Shown: positions 39,268 through 50,029 of the stretch, in pieces
Position numbering within the stretch: the first letter of the stretch is position 1
How the letters are laid out: each line of letters starts with the position of its first letter
NCBI GenBank assembly: GCA_965226795.1
Contig: CBDDDZ010000005.1
Coordinates: 1,888,001 to 1,952,000 of the forward strand
Direction of reading: 5' to 3'
DNA: 64,000 nucleotides
From: Candidatus Latescibacterota bacterium
GTDB taxonomy: Bacteria > Latescibacterota > UBA2968 > GCA-2709665
Program-made: the position numbers and the translations under genes
The notes under the pieces: model-generated
What the model was told of the DNA's origin: nothing
Seen by the model: the letters and a program-made list of their open reading frames with translations, nothing else
The model's database searches: none

Positions 39268-42200
39268 CGCGTCCCGAAGTCCGTGACGCTCCAGTTTTTT
39301 GTATAGGCCGGATCGCGTAACCCCCAGTTCCGAAGCCGTTCGGGTTATGTTCCCATTGTTCTTGTCGAGAATCTGGGAAAGATACCGCTTTTCTACCGAT
39401 TGCAGAAACACTCTCAAAGTGCCTGCCGTCCCATCATCACCATCCGCTTCATGACGTAGGCGTTCAGAAAGCAATTCCACGTCTAAGACGCCTCCATTCT
39501 CCACCAGCGCCACCGCACGGCGTATCTCGTTATCCAGCTGGCGCACATTACCGGGCCAGCCGTAATTCATCAGTGCCTTCACCGCCCCCTCCGTGAAACC
39601 CGCCACGGCTTTCCCGGCTTCGCGGGCGGCGTTCCGCATCAGATGCTCCGCCAGCAGGGGAATATCGTCCATTCTGTCCCTCAGCGCCGGCATCTTGATG
39701 GGCAGCACCAGAAGGCGATAGTATAGATCTTTCCGAAACGCCCCCGCAGATACAGCCTCCTCCAGATCCGCATTCGTTGCCGCAATGACGCGGACGTTTA
39801 CCTTTCGCGGCACGCTCTCACCCAACCGCCGGACCTCACCGCTCTGCAGCACCCGGAGCAGGCTGGCCTGGACCTCGTGCGAGGCATCTGCGACCTCATC
39901 AAGAAAGACCGTGCCGCCATGAGCGGTCCCAAACAGCCCGGCGCGATCCGACATGGCACCGGTGAACGAACCCTTCTTGTGGCCGAATAATTCGCTATGC
40001 AACAACTCTCCCGATAGCGCTCCGCAATTCTGTGACAGAAACATGCGATCTTTGACGACGCTGTTATCGTGGACGGCACGGGCCGCCAGTTCCTTGCCCG
40101 TTCCTGTCTCTCCCTGTATAAGTACCGTCAAATTCGTATTGGCCGCCCGCTCGATCAGTCGATAGACCGCCTGCATCGCACGACTGGCTCCTACCAGCCC
40201 GCCCAACCCCTTCGTGCCGGACTCAAGATGCTCCCGGTACAATGACCGTTCCTTTAACAGGCTTCTCATCCGGTCCTGAACCACGCCAACGGACAACAGT
40301 CCGGCAAGCGCGATCAGGAATCTCCGGTCCGCTTCGGAAACGGCGTTTCCAATACCGCGACGGTCCAAATACAATGCTCCCACCGAACCTGTCTCTTGAT
40401 GGTATAGCGGCACGCACACCACCGAGCGGACGTCGAGGTCGAACACACTCTGCCGTTTCTTGATTGGCTTATCCGCCGCAGCGTCCGCACCAAAAAACGG
40501 TTCGTTGTTCCCGATTGCCCGCTGCACCACGCCCCGGTTGATGTGCTGCGACGCTGCACTTCCCCCCTCGCGAGACCGTGCCATTCCGGTACGCAACGCG
40601 CCTGACGTGGCATCTTTTAAAACGACCATTGCCCTGTCCGCACCCACCACCTTCAAACAGGCGTCCAGCGTCGTGTCCATCAGTGAAGTCGGATCGAGGC
40701 CCCGACCCAGATCCTCTGCAAGCTCGGAAATGGCCGCTACCCTGTTATTTGTTGGCCGAGACTCTGCTGCACCCACAGATTCAGATCGTTCTTCCAGCCG
40801 TGCCAACCTGGAGAGTAGATTGGACGCTTTCCGGGCATAGAAGGGTGTCTGCAGGGCCTTCGCTTTGCGTTCTGCCGCCTCCAGACGCAAACGCGCCATA
40901 TCCAGATTGCCATGCTCAAGGTAAAATCGACCACCCGCAAGCAACGAGCGGAACCATTCGAACCGCTGGCTTACCTGGTTACTCGCGACCGCCCTGTTGA
41001 ACGCGTCCTCGGCCTCTTCACGTCGTTTCGCAGCGGCTGACGCGACCCCGATGCCGCGCCAGGCCACCGTAGGCGTTTCGCCGGCCATTTCGGTGCCTGA
41101 CCGGGCTCTGTCTGCCCACCTCACCGCTTCGGCGGCATTTCCCAGAGCTGCGTGAGCCTCGGCCATCAGGCCAAATGCCCAGTACAGCTGTTCCGCATCC
41201 TTCACATGCGACAGAATCTCCACGGCCTTTTTTCCGTGCGCCACTGCGGCCTTTGCATCTCTATTCTCCAGCGCAATCGAACCGAGATAAAAATGGCTCA
41301 CGCCTTCTGTCGCCGTTCGTCTCCAATCACGGTTTGACAGTTTCTGTGCCTGAAAGATCTCTTCAGCACGTTCGAAATTGCCGGTTCGAAAGGCGGTCAC
41401 TCCGATCAGGTCCATGTTATCGATATTTCCGGCCGGTTCCCCCGCTTTCTTTGACCACTCCAGAGCAGACTCGAACAGTGTGTGAGCGTCTTCAAGGCGC
41501 CCGTCCAGGTGTGCAATATAAGCGTCGAAATAGCTGGCTCTCGACCTGCCCAAAGCGTCACCGGCCCCTGCGTAATGATCGGATATTAGCTTAATTTGAA
41601 CCCTGGCTTCCTCTCGTCTTTCCATGTGTTCATATAGAGATGCCAACCACCGCCTCGTTTCTCTCTCCTTTCCCGATAGTCCGAGCCTTTGGTAGATGGC
41701 AATAGCGTCCAGAAACGACCGTTCCGCTTGATCGAACGACCGGGAACGGGCGTTTACAATGCCGAGTTGGCACAGAACCAGCGCCTTTTCAACGGGGGTC
41801 TCTTCTGAAACAAGCGACAATGCATCCTGCATTTTTTCATTTGCTTCCTCGATGAAACCACGGGAAGACAAGGCGTTCGAAAAGTCGCAAAGGAACCTGA
41901 CCCTGGATTTTATTTTCCCAATCGGTACACCGGCTAAATCATCCCCTTGAAGACCCGGTTCCGATACGTTCTTAAAAATGCTTAATGCACGGTCAACGGC
42001 ACGTACATTAAGCGCGTGCTTACCGGCCTGAATGAGGTATTGATCGGCCTTCTCGACTTCCCCGGATTTCAGGTAATGAAACGCCAGGTCTTCCACTGCC
42101 TGCGGCCTCGATTCGGAATTCAGGACCTCCAGTGCCCCGGCGACCTCCCGATGCAAGAGAATACGCCTCTCTGCATCCAGACTATTGTAAATCGTGCGCC

Positions 42201-44091
42201 GAAGAAGCATACTGGAAAGTCGGTACTCGCAGGGAGCGTCCGTTCCCGTGCGCTTCCGCAAGAGGTCCAGGCGCACCAGATCGTCCAGGATGCCAACCAG
42301 GTCTGACTCATGCTCCCGCAAGACTCCGGCAATCAGATCAAACGTAAATCCGCTCGTACAGACGGCGGCGTAATCCAAAACCCGATGCGGTATCGGGTGA
42401 ATTGCCTCCAGGCGTCTGCCAATGATCTCCGCCACAGGATCGGGCATCAGTTGCGCAGGAATCGAATCCCACAGCCACTCACCGTCGCCCCCGTTCCGAA
42501 CAACGCCTTCGGCAACCAGAGTACGGACGGATTCGACGATAAAGAGAGGACAACCGCCCGTCTCTTCAAAGAGTCTTCGTACGACTTCCTCGGGGACCCG
42601 CCGTTCGCCAAGGATGGAAGCCACCAGGCGCGCTGTCTCAGTCCGTGTGAGACAACCGAGGTGGATTTTGTGAACCCTGCCGGTCCCTCCGTCCCTGAAA
42701 AGGCTTTTCATGTGTCCGGGCATGGGCGTGTCTACATCGGCTGCACAGGTCACAACGATCATCAGCGGACGATCTTCGACATCGCTCCGGCATCGTTGCA
42801 AAAACCGGACGGTGAGTTCATCTGACCATAGAAGATCCTCGATACACAGCAGGACCGGCTGTATGCCCGCCAGCTTTCGTAAAAAATTCCAGATCCCTTC
42901 CAATGCGTCGCATGAGTCACTATCTTCGGCGCAAAAGACAGGCTCCTGCCGATCGACATCCCGGAGCGCATCCATCAGCGGCGGGGAGACCTCGCGACGT
43001 CCCCTACGGCTTGCGCCTGACAGCACCCGCATACCATATAGTGCCGCATCGCACTGTAATTCTTCCACCAGACGCGACTTGCCCATGCCTTCCTGCCCGG
43101 AAACCAGCACAATCTGCAACCTGCCCTCATATGCCTCCGAGATGATTTTCCGCAACGCCTTCATTTCCGTTTGCCTGCCCGCAAGGGGAGGCTCCAGGAG
43201 ACGTGGTCCTGTTGACACTTGCCGATCGTTCGGTCGCGCACCCTCCGTGACGATTGCGTCAAGTCCCGCGAGAAGTTCGCCCGCAGACTGGAATCGGTTT
43301 TCGGGTTCTTTGGCGAGTAGTTTCATCACCGTTGCCAGTACTGGCTTCCCATGTTTCGGTTCAAGGGCATGCAGTGGCCGCGGCTGTTCCCTCAGATGCC
43401 TCAGGATGACGGCAACCGGACTGTCGCCGGTAAACGGCGGCGCGCCGGCCAGAATTTCGTATAGAACAACGCCCAGGGAATAGAGGTCGGACCGCTCGTC
43501 CACCCATACGCCACGTCCCTGTTCCGGAGACATGTATTCCGCTGTACCCGTCGCTGGAACGTCAAAGGTGGGCGCCGCCGCCCTGGCGCTACTGGAATGC
43601 GCCAGACCCAGATCCAGTATTGCTGCTTCGATCCGCCTGTCCTGCTCCACGATCATGATGTTCGAGGGTTTCAGGTCGAGGTGCAGCACGCCCTGACCGT
43701 GAATGGAGCTCAGTCCATCGGCCAATTGCCGGACGAGCCGCAAGAATTCCGGCCCTAGTAGCGCCTCCCTCTTTCCAATGTCACTCATCATATTCGCCAG
43801 GGTCCGGCCCCCCATACAGTCCATGGAAAAATAAGGCAGACCTTCATGCACACCCCAAGTACGGGTTCTCACAACACGTGGATGCCGAATGCGCGAGAGC
43901 ATGTGAAATTCCCGCATAAACCGCCGCCGAATTTCCCTCGTGTCTACATCCCTTTTCAGCACCTTAAGCGCAACCTCGCCCCCCCGATCCAGATCCCGCG
44001 CCCTGTAGACCACGCCCACGCCCCCGCTGCCAAGGACTTCGAGTGTCTCGTACCGCCCGTCGATTACACTTCCAGGTGTCATCTCTGCCAT
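39262..44091 (-). CDS. Ser/Thr kinase - AAA ATPase - TPR - GAF - sigma54 activator - HTH fusion (1609 aa)
   Basis: LGSGGVGVVY, VALK, HLDLKPSN, DLGLA, GTAEYMSPEQ; GQEGMGKSRL, IEDL; TPR-like helices; RSVVCVPL...GALYLD; GETGTGKE, ELFGHKKGSFTGA, WPGNVRQL, HTH. Confidence 0.9.
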   Translation of the reverse strand: MAEMTPGSVIDGRYETLEVLGSGGVGVVYRARDLDRGGEVALKVLKRDVDTREIRRRFMREFHMLSRIRHPRVVRTRTWGVHEGLPYFSMDCMGGRTLANMMSDIGKREALLGPEFLRLVRQLADGLSSIHGQGVLHLDLKPSNIMIVEQDRRIEAAILDLGLAHSSSARAAAPTFDVPATGTAEYMSPEQGRGVWVDERSDLYSLGVVLYEILAGAPPFTGDSPVAVILRHLREQPRPLHALEPKHGKPVLATVMKLLAKEPENRFQSAGELLAGLDAIVTEGARPNDRQVSTGPRLLEPPLAGRQTEMKALRKIISEAYEGRLQIVLVSGQEGMGKSRLVEELQCDAALYGMRVLSGASRRGRREVSPPLMDALRDVDRQEPVFCAEDSDSCDALEGIWNFLRKLAGIQPVLLCIEDLLWSDELTVRFLQRCRSDVEDRPLMIVVTCAADVDTPMPGHMKSLFRDGGTGRVHKIHLGCLTRTETARLVASILGERRVPEEVVRRLFEETGGCPLFIVESVRTLVAEGVVRNGGDGEWLWDSIPAQLMPDPVAEIIGRRLEAIHPIPHRVLDYAAVCTSGFTFDLIAGVLREHESDLVGILDDLVRLDLLRKRTGTDAPCEYRLSSMLLRRTIYNSLDAERRILLHREVAGALEVLNSESRPQAVEDLAFHYLKSGEVEKADQYLIQAGKHALNVRAVDRALSIFKNVSEPGLQGDDLAGVPIGKIKSRVRFLCDFSNALSSRGFIEEANEKMQDALSLVSEETPVEKALVLCQLGIVNARSRSFDQAERSFLDAIAIYQRLGLSGKERETRRWLASLYEHMERREEARVQIKLISDHYAGAGDALGRSRASYFDAYIAHLDGRLEDAHTLFESALEWSKKAGEPAGNIDNMDLIGVTAFRTGNFERAEEIFQAQKLSNRDWRRTATEGVSHFYLGSIALENRDAKAAVAHGKKAVEILSHVKDAEQLYWAFGLMAEAHAALGNAAEAVRWADRARSGTEMAGETPTVAWRGIGVASAAAKRREEAEDAFNRAVASNQVSQRFEWFRSLLAGGRFYLEHGNLDMARLRLEAAERKAKALQTPFYARKASNLLSRLARLEERSESVGAAESRPTNNRVAAISELAEDLGRGLDPTSLMDTTLDACLKVVGADRAMVVLKDATSGALRTGMARSREGGSAASQHINRGVVQRAIGNNEPFFGADAAADKPIKKRQSVFDLDVRSVVCVPLYHQETGSVGALYLDRRGIGNAVSEADRRFLIALAGLLSVGVVQDRMRSLLKERSLYREHLESGTKGLGGLVGASRAMQAVYRLIERAANTNLTVLIQGETGTGKELAARAVHDNSVVKDRMFLSQNCGALSGELLHSELFGHKKGSFTGAMSDRAGLFGTAHGGTVFLDEVADASHEVQASLLRVLQSGEVRRLGESVPRKVNVRVIAATNADLEEAVSAGAFRKDLYYRLLVLPIKMPALRDRMDDIPLLAEHLMRNAAREAGKAVAGFTEGAVKALMNYGWPGNVRQLDNEIRRAVALVENGGVLDVELLSERLRHEADGDDGTAGTLRVFLQSVEKRYLSQILDKNNGNITRTASELGVTRSGLYKKLERHGLRDAC

Positions 44092-44174
44092 TGCACACGT
44101 GCCCTTGCAGACAGATTCAGGTTAGCCGTGAATTTAAGATTCGGATGCGTCGCCGTAGACCGATCCCCCAACGC

Positions 44175-46355
44175 TCACCCTCTTTCTCCCCGTTCCATCA
44201 GCAGTTCCAGCGGATGCACCACCTTCAGACCCGTACCCTCGCGCAGATGGATCGCGCACACGCTGCTCTCGGTGACGATGGTGTCCACCTGCGCCTCCTG
44301 AAATGCCTGAAACAGCGGTTCTCCCACGGCCTGTGCAAGTTCGTATCCGAGCAGCCCCTTTTTCAGACCGAACGTACCCGCCATCCCGCAACACGTACCG
44401 GTCTCAATCAACTCGACCTCCGCGCCTCGCCGCCTGATATAGTCCCTAGCCTCCCGACCCGAACCCAGTGGCCGCTGATGACACGAGACGTGGAATCCGA
44501 ACCGCCGGCCATCGAACACAGACGTCTGTTCGGCGTCGCCGGCGAGCGTTTCGAACATTTCCAGGTACGCAAACAGTTCGTGCGTCCGTTCTCCCAGCGC
44601 GCTGGCGTCCGCGCGTCCGTGGAGCAACTTGGGGTACGAAACCTTCAGACAATAGGCCGCCGTCGGCTCGGTGGTTACAACATCGTACCCGGCCTCGACG
44701 TAGGGCGTCATCAGACGCACGTTCTCATCGGCCACCTTCTCGGCTCGCTTCAGGTCGCCATATCCGATATAGGGATAACCGCTGCTGCGCTGCCGGGGCA
44801 GAACGACCTCGCATCCGAGGGCTTCCAGCGCCTCGACAGCCGCCCGGCCGAGTTCCGGCGCATTATAGGCCGCATAGATATCCGCGAAGAATACCACGTG
44901 TCGCACGGGATCCTTCACCCGAGGCGTTGCGCCCCGCTTCCTGAACCATTTCGCCAACGTACGGCGCCTGAAAGGCGGTAACGTTCGCCTCCGGTCGATG
45001 CCGGAAAACACCTCCATCGCCCACCTGAACAGCCCGTTCTTCAGCATCCAGTTGGAGACAGGCGCGGTGGCGCAGCCGAACTTCGCAAATCCCTCCGCGG
45101 CCATCAGCATCCGGTTCACCCGCGGATGCCCGTTTTCCTCCCCGTCTCGATCCTTCACGCCGGCGATCATCATGGGGATATCGATCTCCGCGGGACAGAT
45201 CTCCTTACAGAGCCCGCAGGAAATACAAAGCGGCGCGAATTCGGCGGCCTTCTCCAGTCCGTGAACCTCCGATGTCCACGGAATCCCGATCGGGCCCGGA
45301 TATATATAGCCAAATGTATGCCCGCCCACCACGCCGTAGGTGGGGCAAATATTCATGCACGCGCCGCAACGGATGCAATTCAACGCATCCTTGAACAGGG
45401 GATCTTCACGCATCCGGCTGCGCCCGTTGTCCAGTATGATGATATGCGACTCCCGCGGGCTGCGTCCCGCCCCGGCGCCAAGGGGCGACCTCCCCCCCAT
45501 AATCGTCACATACGTCGTCAAATGCTGCCCGACCGCGCTGATGGGATGCGCAAGCATCATCTGCAATGCATCCTCCACCGTGTCCACGATTTTCTCCCGC
45601 CCCATGATGCAGATATGCACGTCGGGAATACTGGACACGAGGCGAGCATTGCCTTCATTGGTCTCGATGACGATGGCGCCTGTTTCGGCGATCCCCACGT
45701 TGGCGCCGGTCATCCCGATATCCGCATTCAGAAAAATCGGCCGCAGATATTTGCGAACGACCCTCATGATGGCGTCCACGTCATGAGGCACGTCCTGCTG
45801 CGTCACGGCCTGGAATATCTCCGCCACCTCAACCGCCGTCTTGTGGACAGCCGGGAAGACCAGGTGAAAGGGTTTTTCCTTCACCTTCTGAATGATCAGT
45901 TCGCCCAGATCCGTCTCAATCACCTCCACGCCCGCTTCCTCGAGAGGATGATTCACCTCGATTTCCTCGCTCGTCAGGGACTTGGACTTGGCGACGGACC
46001 TGGCGCCGCGTTCCTTCACGATGTCCAGAATGTATGAGATCGCTTCGGGGCCGTCGTTCGCCATGAATACCCGGGCGCCGCGCTCCTCCACCCTGGACGC
46101 GAACCTGTCCACCAGTTCTTCCTGCTGCTCCAGACAACGGACCTTGATCGAACGAACCGTGCCGCGGAACCCCTCGCCTCCCGGCAATGCGCCTACCGCC
46201 TTGTGCCGGCTGTCCCGGCCGCGTTTCATCGCGCGGTAAAGGGCCGTCCCTCTGGATCGCTCTTTCAGTGCCCGACCGATCTTTTCCTCCAGTCGTTGAT
46301 ACCGACCCTTCAGCATCGTCCCTTTCCTTTCGTGCCCGGTTTTAAACACACTCAT
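44175..46355 (-). CDS. lutB: Lactate utilization protein B-like LUD/4Fe-4S protein with fused CCG domains (start may be 46316)
   Basis: KSKSLTSEEI, ETDLGELIIQ, TGANVGIAETG, NEGNAR, CIRCGACMNICP, CISCGLCKEICP, HVSCH, TCCGMAGTFG. Confidence 0.88.
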   Translation of the reverse strand: MSVFKTGHERKGTMLKGRYQRLEEKIGRALKERSRGTALYRAMKRGRDSRHKAVGALPGGEGFRGTVRSIKVRCLEQQEELVDRFASRVEERGARVFMANDGPEAISYILDIVKERGARSVAKSKSLTSEEIEVNHPLEEAGVEVIETDLGELIIQKVKEKPFHLVFPAVHKTAVEVAEIFQAVTQQDVPHDVDAIMRVVRKYLRPIFLNADIGMTGANVGIAETGAIVIETNEGNARLVSSIPDVHICIMGREKIVDTVEDALQMMLAHPISAVGQHLTTYVTIMGGRSPLGAGAGRSPRESHIIILDNGRSRMREDPLFKDALNCIRCGACMNICPTYGVVGGHTFGYIYPGPIGIPWTSEVHGLEKAAEFAPLCISCGLCKEICPAEIDIPMMIAGVKDRDGEENGHPRVNRMLMAAEGFAKFGCATAPVSNWMLKNGLFRWAMEVFSGIDRRRTLPPFRRRTLAKWFRKRGATPRVKDPVRHVVFFADIYAAYNAPELGRAAVEALEALGCEVVLPRQRSSGYPYIGYGDLKRAEKVADENVRLMTPYVEAGYDVVTTEPTAAYCLKVSYPKLLHGRADASALGERTHELFAYLEMFETLAGDAEQTSVFDGRRFGFHVSCHQRPLGSGREARDYIRRRGAEVELIETGTCCGMAGTFGLKKGLLGYELAQAVGEPLFQAFQEAQVDTIVTESSVCAIHLREGTGLKVVHPLELLMERGERG

Positions 46356-46382
46356 ATTGAATCCATATCGCCAAGTCGTATA

Positions 46383-46949
46383 CTACGGGTCCAGAATAAC
46401 CGCATGAGCCATCTCAGGGCCATGGACACCCAGTGTAAGCCGCATCTCGATATCCGCCGTGCGGCTAGGGCCCGATATGAACGTCACGGTGGCATTCTCA
46501 CGCTGCTTTGTCATAAACTCACGGATCAGGGGTCCGGCATCCATCAGCGTCTCTTTAATCTCCGAGGCCTGAACGACTCCCAGATGTATCCTTGGCAACG
46601 TAGAAACGAGGCGTGTGGCGTCGTTTGTCGCGAATTCCACGAGCGCGCCGGCGTCCGCCACCGCAAACTCCGCCCAGGACACACCGACGTGTGCAGCGTC
46701 GATAGCGCCCGGCAGCGTCCGGGTGTCGTAGGGCGGCTTCAATAGTTCAAACCCCGCATCGGCACACCGCCGCTCCAGTGCCTGCATCAGCGCTTCCGGA
46801 AGCTCGGCCGCGGCCAGGCGGGTCCCCCGGGCCTCGCGAACGACGGAAAGCACCGCCTCCGCTGCGGACTCCATGCTGTCGGCGATGTGTATGCGTCCGG
46901 AAAGCGTTTCATACTTCGAAACAAACCGTTCGATTACTTCGACCGCCAT
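46383..46949 (-). CDS. lutC: LutC/YkgG LUD-domain protein
   Basis: AVADAGALV, STLPRIHL, FISGPSRTADIEMRLTLGVHGP. Confidence 0.9.
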   Translation of the reverse strand: MAVEVIERFVSKYETLSGRIHIADSMESAAEAVLSVVREARGTRLAAAELPEALMQALERRCADAGFELLKPPYDTRTLPGAIDAAHVGVSWAEFAVADAGALVEFATNDATRLVSTLPRIHLGVVQASEIKETLMDAGPLIREFMTKQRENATVTFISGPSRTADIEMRLTLGVHGPEMAHAVILDP

Positions 46950-47255
46950 CGTCCCGTCCCCTATCAATGACATCCCGATACAACGCGTTTCGGGCGCCAT
47001 CAAGGTAAGTGCAAAACGGCCGTGGGTCAACCGTCTCCCGGACGGACTATGCATCCGAACCTGTTCGTTTTCGTTTGGCGCGGTCCCATCGGAAACGTAT
47101 ATTCTTCGGTCCCCTTCGAGACCTCGTTCTGCGCCTCATCCGATCGGCTTCTTTCGGATCAGTACCGGGTGACGCGGTCACACATTCCCGGCGGTTACCG
47201 ATATTTCCGCGCTTCTGTCTTTTTGACTCGTGCGTCAACCCAGGGAGCACTCCCA

Positions 47256-48251
47256 ATGGTGGAGCCTATTCGCATTCTGCATATCGGCCTGGGGCCGCTT
47301 GGCCAGATGCTCGGACCGTATCTGACGGAGAAGGAACACCTGCAGCTTGTCGGCGCTGTGGACATCGATCCTGAAAAGGCCGGCCGGGACCTGGCGACCA
47401 TGTACAGCCTGTGTCGGCCGTTGGACATCGCCGTCGTGGGGAAATTGGACGCCGTGTTGATGGACGCCGCCGATGTGGCCGTTCTCACAACGGTGTCCGA
47501 ACTTCGTGCACTATTTCCCACGCTCGAACAGTTGATCGAAGGCGGCCTCGACGTCGTTTCCACCTGCGAGGAACTGGCGTATCCCTGGATTACAGAGCCG
47601 GAACTTGCCCGGCGCATCGACGCTCTCGCGAAGGCGAACCGGGTCTCAGTCCTGGGCACGGGCGTGAACCCGGGGTTCCTGATGGATTTTCTGCCCACGG
47701 CGGCGACCGCCGTTTGCCGGAATGTGGATTCTATCCTGATCGAACGAATCCAGGACGCCTCCCTTCGGCGCCTGCCCTTCCGTCAAAAAATAGGCGCTGG
47801 TCTTTCCGTCGAAACCTTCAAGAAGCGTGTCAGGAGCCGTCAAATCCGCCACGTCGGATTGACCCAGTCCATGCACATGGTCGCATCCAGACTCGGCTGG
47901 CGTCTGCACAAAACCGAGGATATCGTGGAACCGGTCGTCGCGCGATCGGAGGTGCGTGGGACGGACTGGTCGGTGCCGGCAGGCAGGGCCACGGGCGTGA
48001 ACCAGACCGGCCGGGGTTATGCGGGTAACCGGGAGGTCCTCACGCTCGTGTTTCGCGCGTCCGTGGGCGAGACGCGGCCCAGAGACCGCATCCACGTCTG
48101 CGGCACCCCGGAGATCGATCTCACGATTGCCGGCGGCATAAACGGAGACGTCGCCACGTGTTCCATCGTTACCAATGCGATTCAGGCTATCCATCAGGCC
48201 CCGCCCGGCCTGCGCACGATGGTCGACATCGCCCCCATTTCGGCGTTTTAG
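47256..48251 (+). CDS. 2,4-diaminopentanoate dehydrogenase (Ord)-like / DapB N-terminal NAD(P) oxidoreductase
   Basis: GLGPLG, GAVDIDPEKAGRD, VVSTCEELAYP, LGTGVNPGFLMD, FRQKIGAGL, HVGL, GINGDVAT, PPGLRTM. Confidence 0.82.
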   Translation: MVEPIRILHIGLGPLGQMLGPYLTEKEHLQLVGAVDIDPEKAGRDLATMYSLCRPLDIAVVGKLDAVLMDAADVAVLTTVSELRALFPTLEQLIEGGLDVVSTCEELAYPWITEPELARRIDALAKANRVSVLGTGVNPGFLMDFLPTAATAVCRNVDSILIERIQDASLRRLPFRQKIGAGLSVETFKKRVRSRQIRHVGLTQSMHMVASRLGWRLHKTEDIVEPVVARSEVRGTDWSVPAGRATGVNQTGRGYAGNREVLTLVFRASVGETRPRDRIHVCGTPEIDLTIAGGINGDVATCSIVTNAIQAIHQAPPGLRTMVDIAPISAF

Positions 48252-48361
48252 CCTTCCCCGGCACTCTTGCTGCCACAATTGCCGGAAACTCCGCCTGCAA
48301 CCTCATGTCCGTCCTGAACCCTTTCAGGATCCCCGACCGTACGCAGGAAACCACAAAGCTG

Positions 48362-48390
48362 TTGCAAAATATACACATCTGTGTTATTCT
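48362..48390 (+). promoter_or_regulatory. Putative sigma70 promoter for the Omp85-ntrYX operon
   Basis: TTGCAA-17 nt-TATTCT with TG extension. Confidence 0.45.
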
Positions 48391-48552
48391 TTCACAGCAT
48401 CCGGCCATACGACGGTCTTTTTTTCTCGACACAAATGGTTGTTTTTGAATCCCATTCGTGTCTGACGTAAAGCGGTCATGCTGGTACGGTTTTTGCCCAC
48501 TCTGATTAACCTCTCTGAATGTGGTCGACGGATTCCAGCGGAGGCTAGCTCG

Positions 48553-49842
48553 ATGTGGCGCACGATTGTTCTTCTCTCCCTCCTCTTCCCCTGTATGGAC
48601 TCCTCCCTGTACGCCCAGGATGCCACCGGGTACGTGGTCGAACGAATCGAGGTTCGAGGCAATCATAAGACAAAGGCCGACATTATCCTTCGATCCCTTC
48701 CGATCCACAAGGGTGACCGGCTCACACCCGGCAGATTGGATGCCAGCCGGGAATCTTTGTACCGCACCCGCCTCTTCCGAACGGTGCACGTCGCGCCGAA
48801 GCCAGGCACGGAACAGGGCAAGGCCGTGCTGGTGGTTTACGTCGACGAGAAACGGTTCGGCGACGCCGGCGTCAGTTTCGAATATACCGAACTCGATGGA
48901 TTTGGACTTGCCGCTGACGCCTACCACGTCAACCTGGGCGGAGAAGGCAAGACCGTTGGCGCCGAGTACTCGCATGGCGAGCGTCTGACGCGCTTCGGAT
49001 TCAGCTACACCGACCCCTGGCTCACCAGCGACTGTGTCTCCCTTCACGTGAAAGCCCGTTTCTCACGGGCTGACCGGGACATGTATCGTAGTGCCGACCC
49101 GTTAAAGCGCGGCCTGTACGACCTGAACAGAATCGGCGGCGCGGTTGGCGTTGGAAAGCCCATCGGCCAGAAATACCGGCTGGTCGTCCGTTACGCCTTC
49201 GATGAGATTCGCGTCAACGACTTCGACGAGCCGGAGGTCTTCATTTCCGGCCCCGAATTCACCCGGGAAGTCAGCTCGTCCGTGGGCCGCACGCCGATAT
49301 CCACCTTCGGCATCGAACTCGTCCGGCAGCCCTCATCGAGATTCTGGGGCAGTGCACCGGGATTCGATCTCAACTTCCGAATGGAATACGCCCCGGGAGT
49401 CCTGGGCACCAACCCGAGCTACCTCCGGTCCAGAGTGGAAGCCTACCGCCATTTTTCGACCGTGACCGGACAGAACCTGAGCGTTGGCGGACGGGCGGGA
49501 TTGATTTTCGGATCGCCGCCGTTTTTCGAGCGGTTTTACCTGGACGGGCAGAATCAACTCAGGGGGTTCGAACGACGTGCGATCGGCCCCGAGGGCGGCA
49601 CGGAGTTTCTTTCGATAGAAGGTGTCTATTCAATTGCAACCCGACCGATCGGCAGGATCTATTGCTTTGCCGAGTGGGCCGCGATTCGCAGGCCGGTCGG
49701 GGAAAGACATCACAGGGATTCAAACGGCACCTATGGTATCGGCGCGTTACTGTTCAACCGGATCGATATCAGCTACGGCCTGAACAGGGGCACTCTAATT
49801 GTAAAATTCCACCGGTTCGGCGGTATCAATATGGGCTTGTGA
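48553..49842 (+). CDS. Omp85 (BamA/TamA) family protein with a single POTRA domain
   Basis: Signal peptide; VERIEVRGNHKTKADIILR...LYRTRLF; NLGGEG, FSYTDPWL, ERFYLDGQNQLRGF. Confidence 0.8.
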   Translation: MWRTIVLLSLLFPCMDSSLYAQDATGYVVERIEVRGNHKTKADIILRSLPIHKGDRLTPGRLDASRESLYRTRLFRTVHVAPKPGTEQGKAVLVVYVDEKRFGDAGVSFEYTELDGFGLAADAYHVNLGGEGKTVGAEYSHGERLTRFGFSYTDPWLTSDCVSLHVKARFSRADRDMYRSADPLKRGLYDLNRIGGAVGVGKPIGQKYRLVVRYAFDEIRVNDFDEPEVFISGPEFTREVSSSVGRTPISTFGIELVRQPSSRFWGSAPGFDLNFRMEYAPGVLGTNPSYLRSRVEAYRHFSTVTGQNLSVGGRAGLIFGSPPFFERFYLDGQNQLRGFERRAIGPEGGTEFLSIEGVYSIATRPIGRIYCFAEWAAIRRPVGERHHRDSNGTYGIGALLFNRIDISYGLNRGTLIVKFHRFGGINMGL

Positions 49843-50029
49843 GTCGGCCTGATCCGGATGCGAAGTCCCTTGCGTGGAAGGATCACCCGACAAAGACGGA
49901 CGCGGTTCTGGTTGATCCTGACGAACACAAAGAACGGATCGCCCATCAATATTGTACGCAATCGGCGATTCAGCGACCCGCGCACCCGGTTACGTGCCCA
50001 GACGGCAAGACCCTTACCAATCTCCCAAA

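Noticed and set aside
48259..48273. Sigma54 promoter CGGCAC-N5-CTGC upstream of the Omp85-ntrYX operon
   Set aside because: GG-N10-GC is frequent in GC-rich DNA; it abuts the previous stop codon, has no clear UAS, and a better sigma70-like site lies closer.
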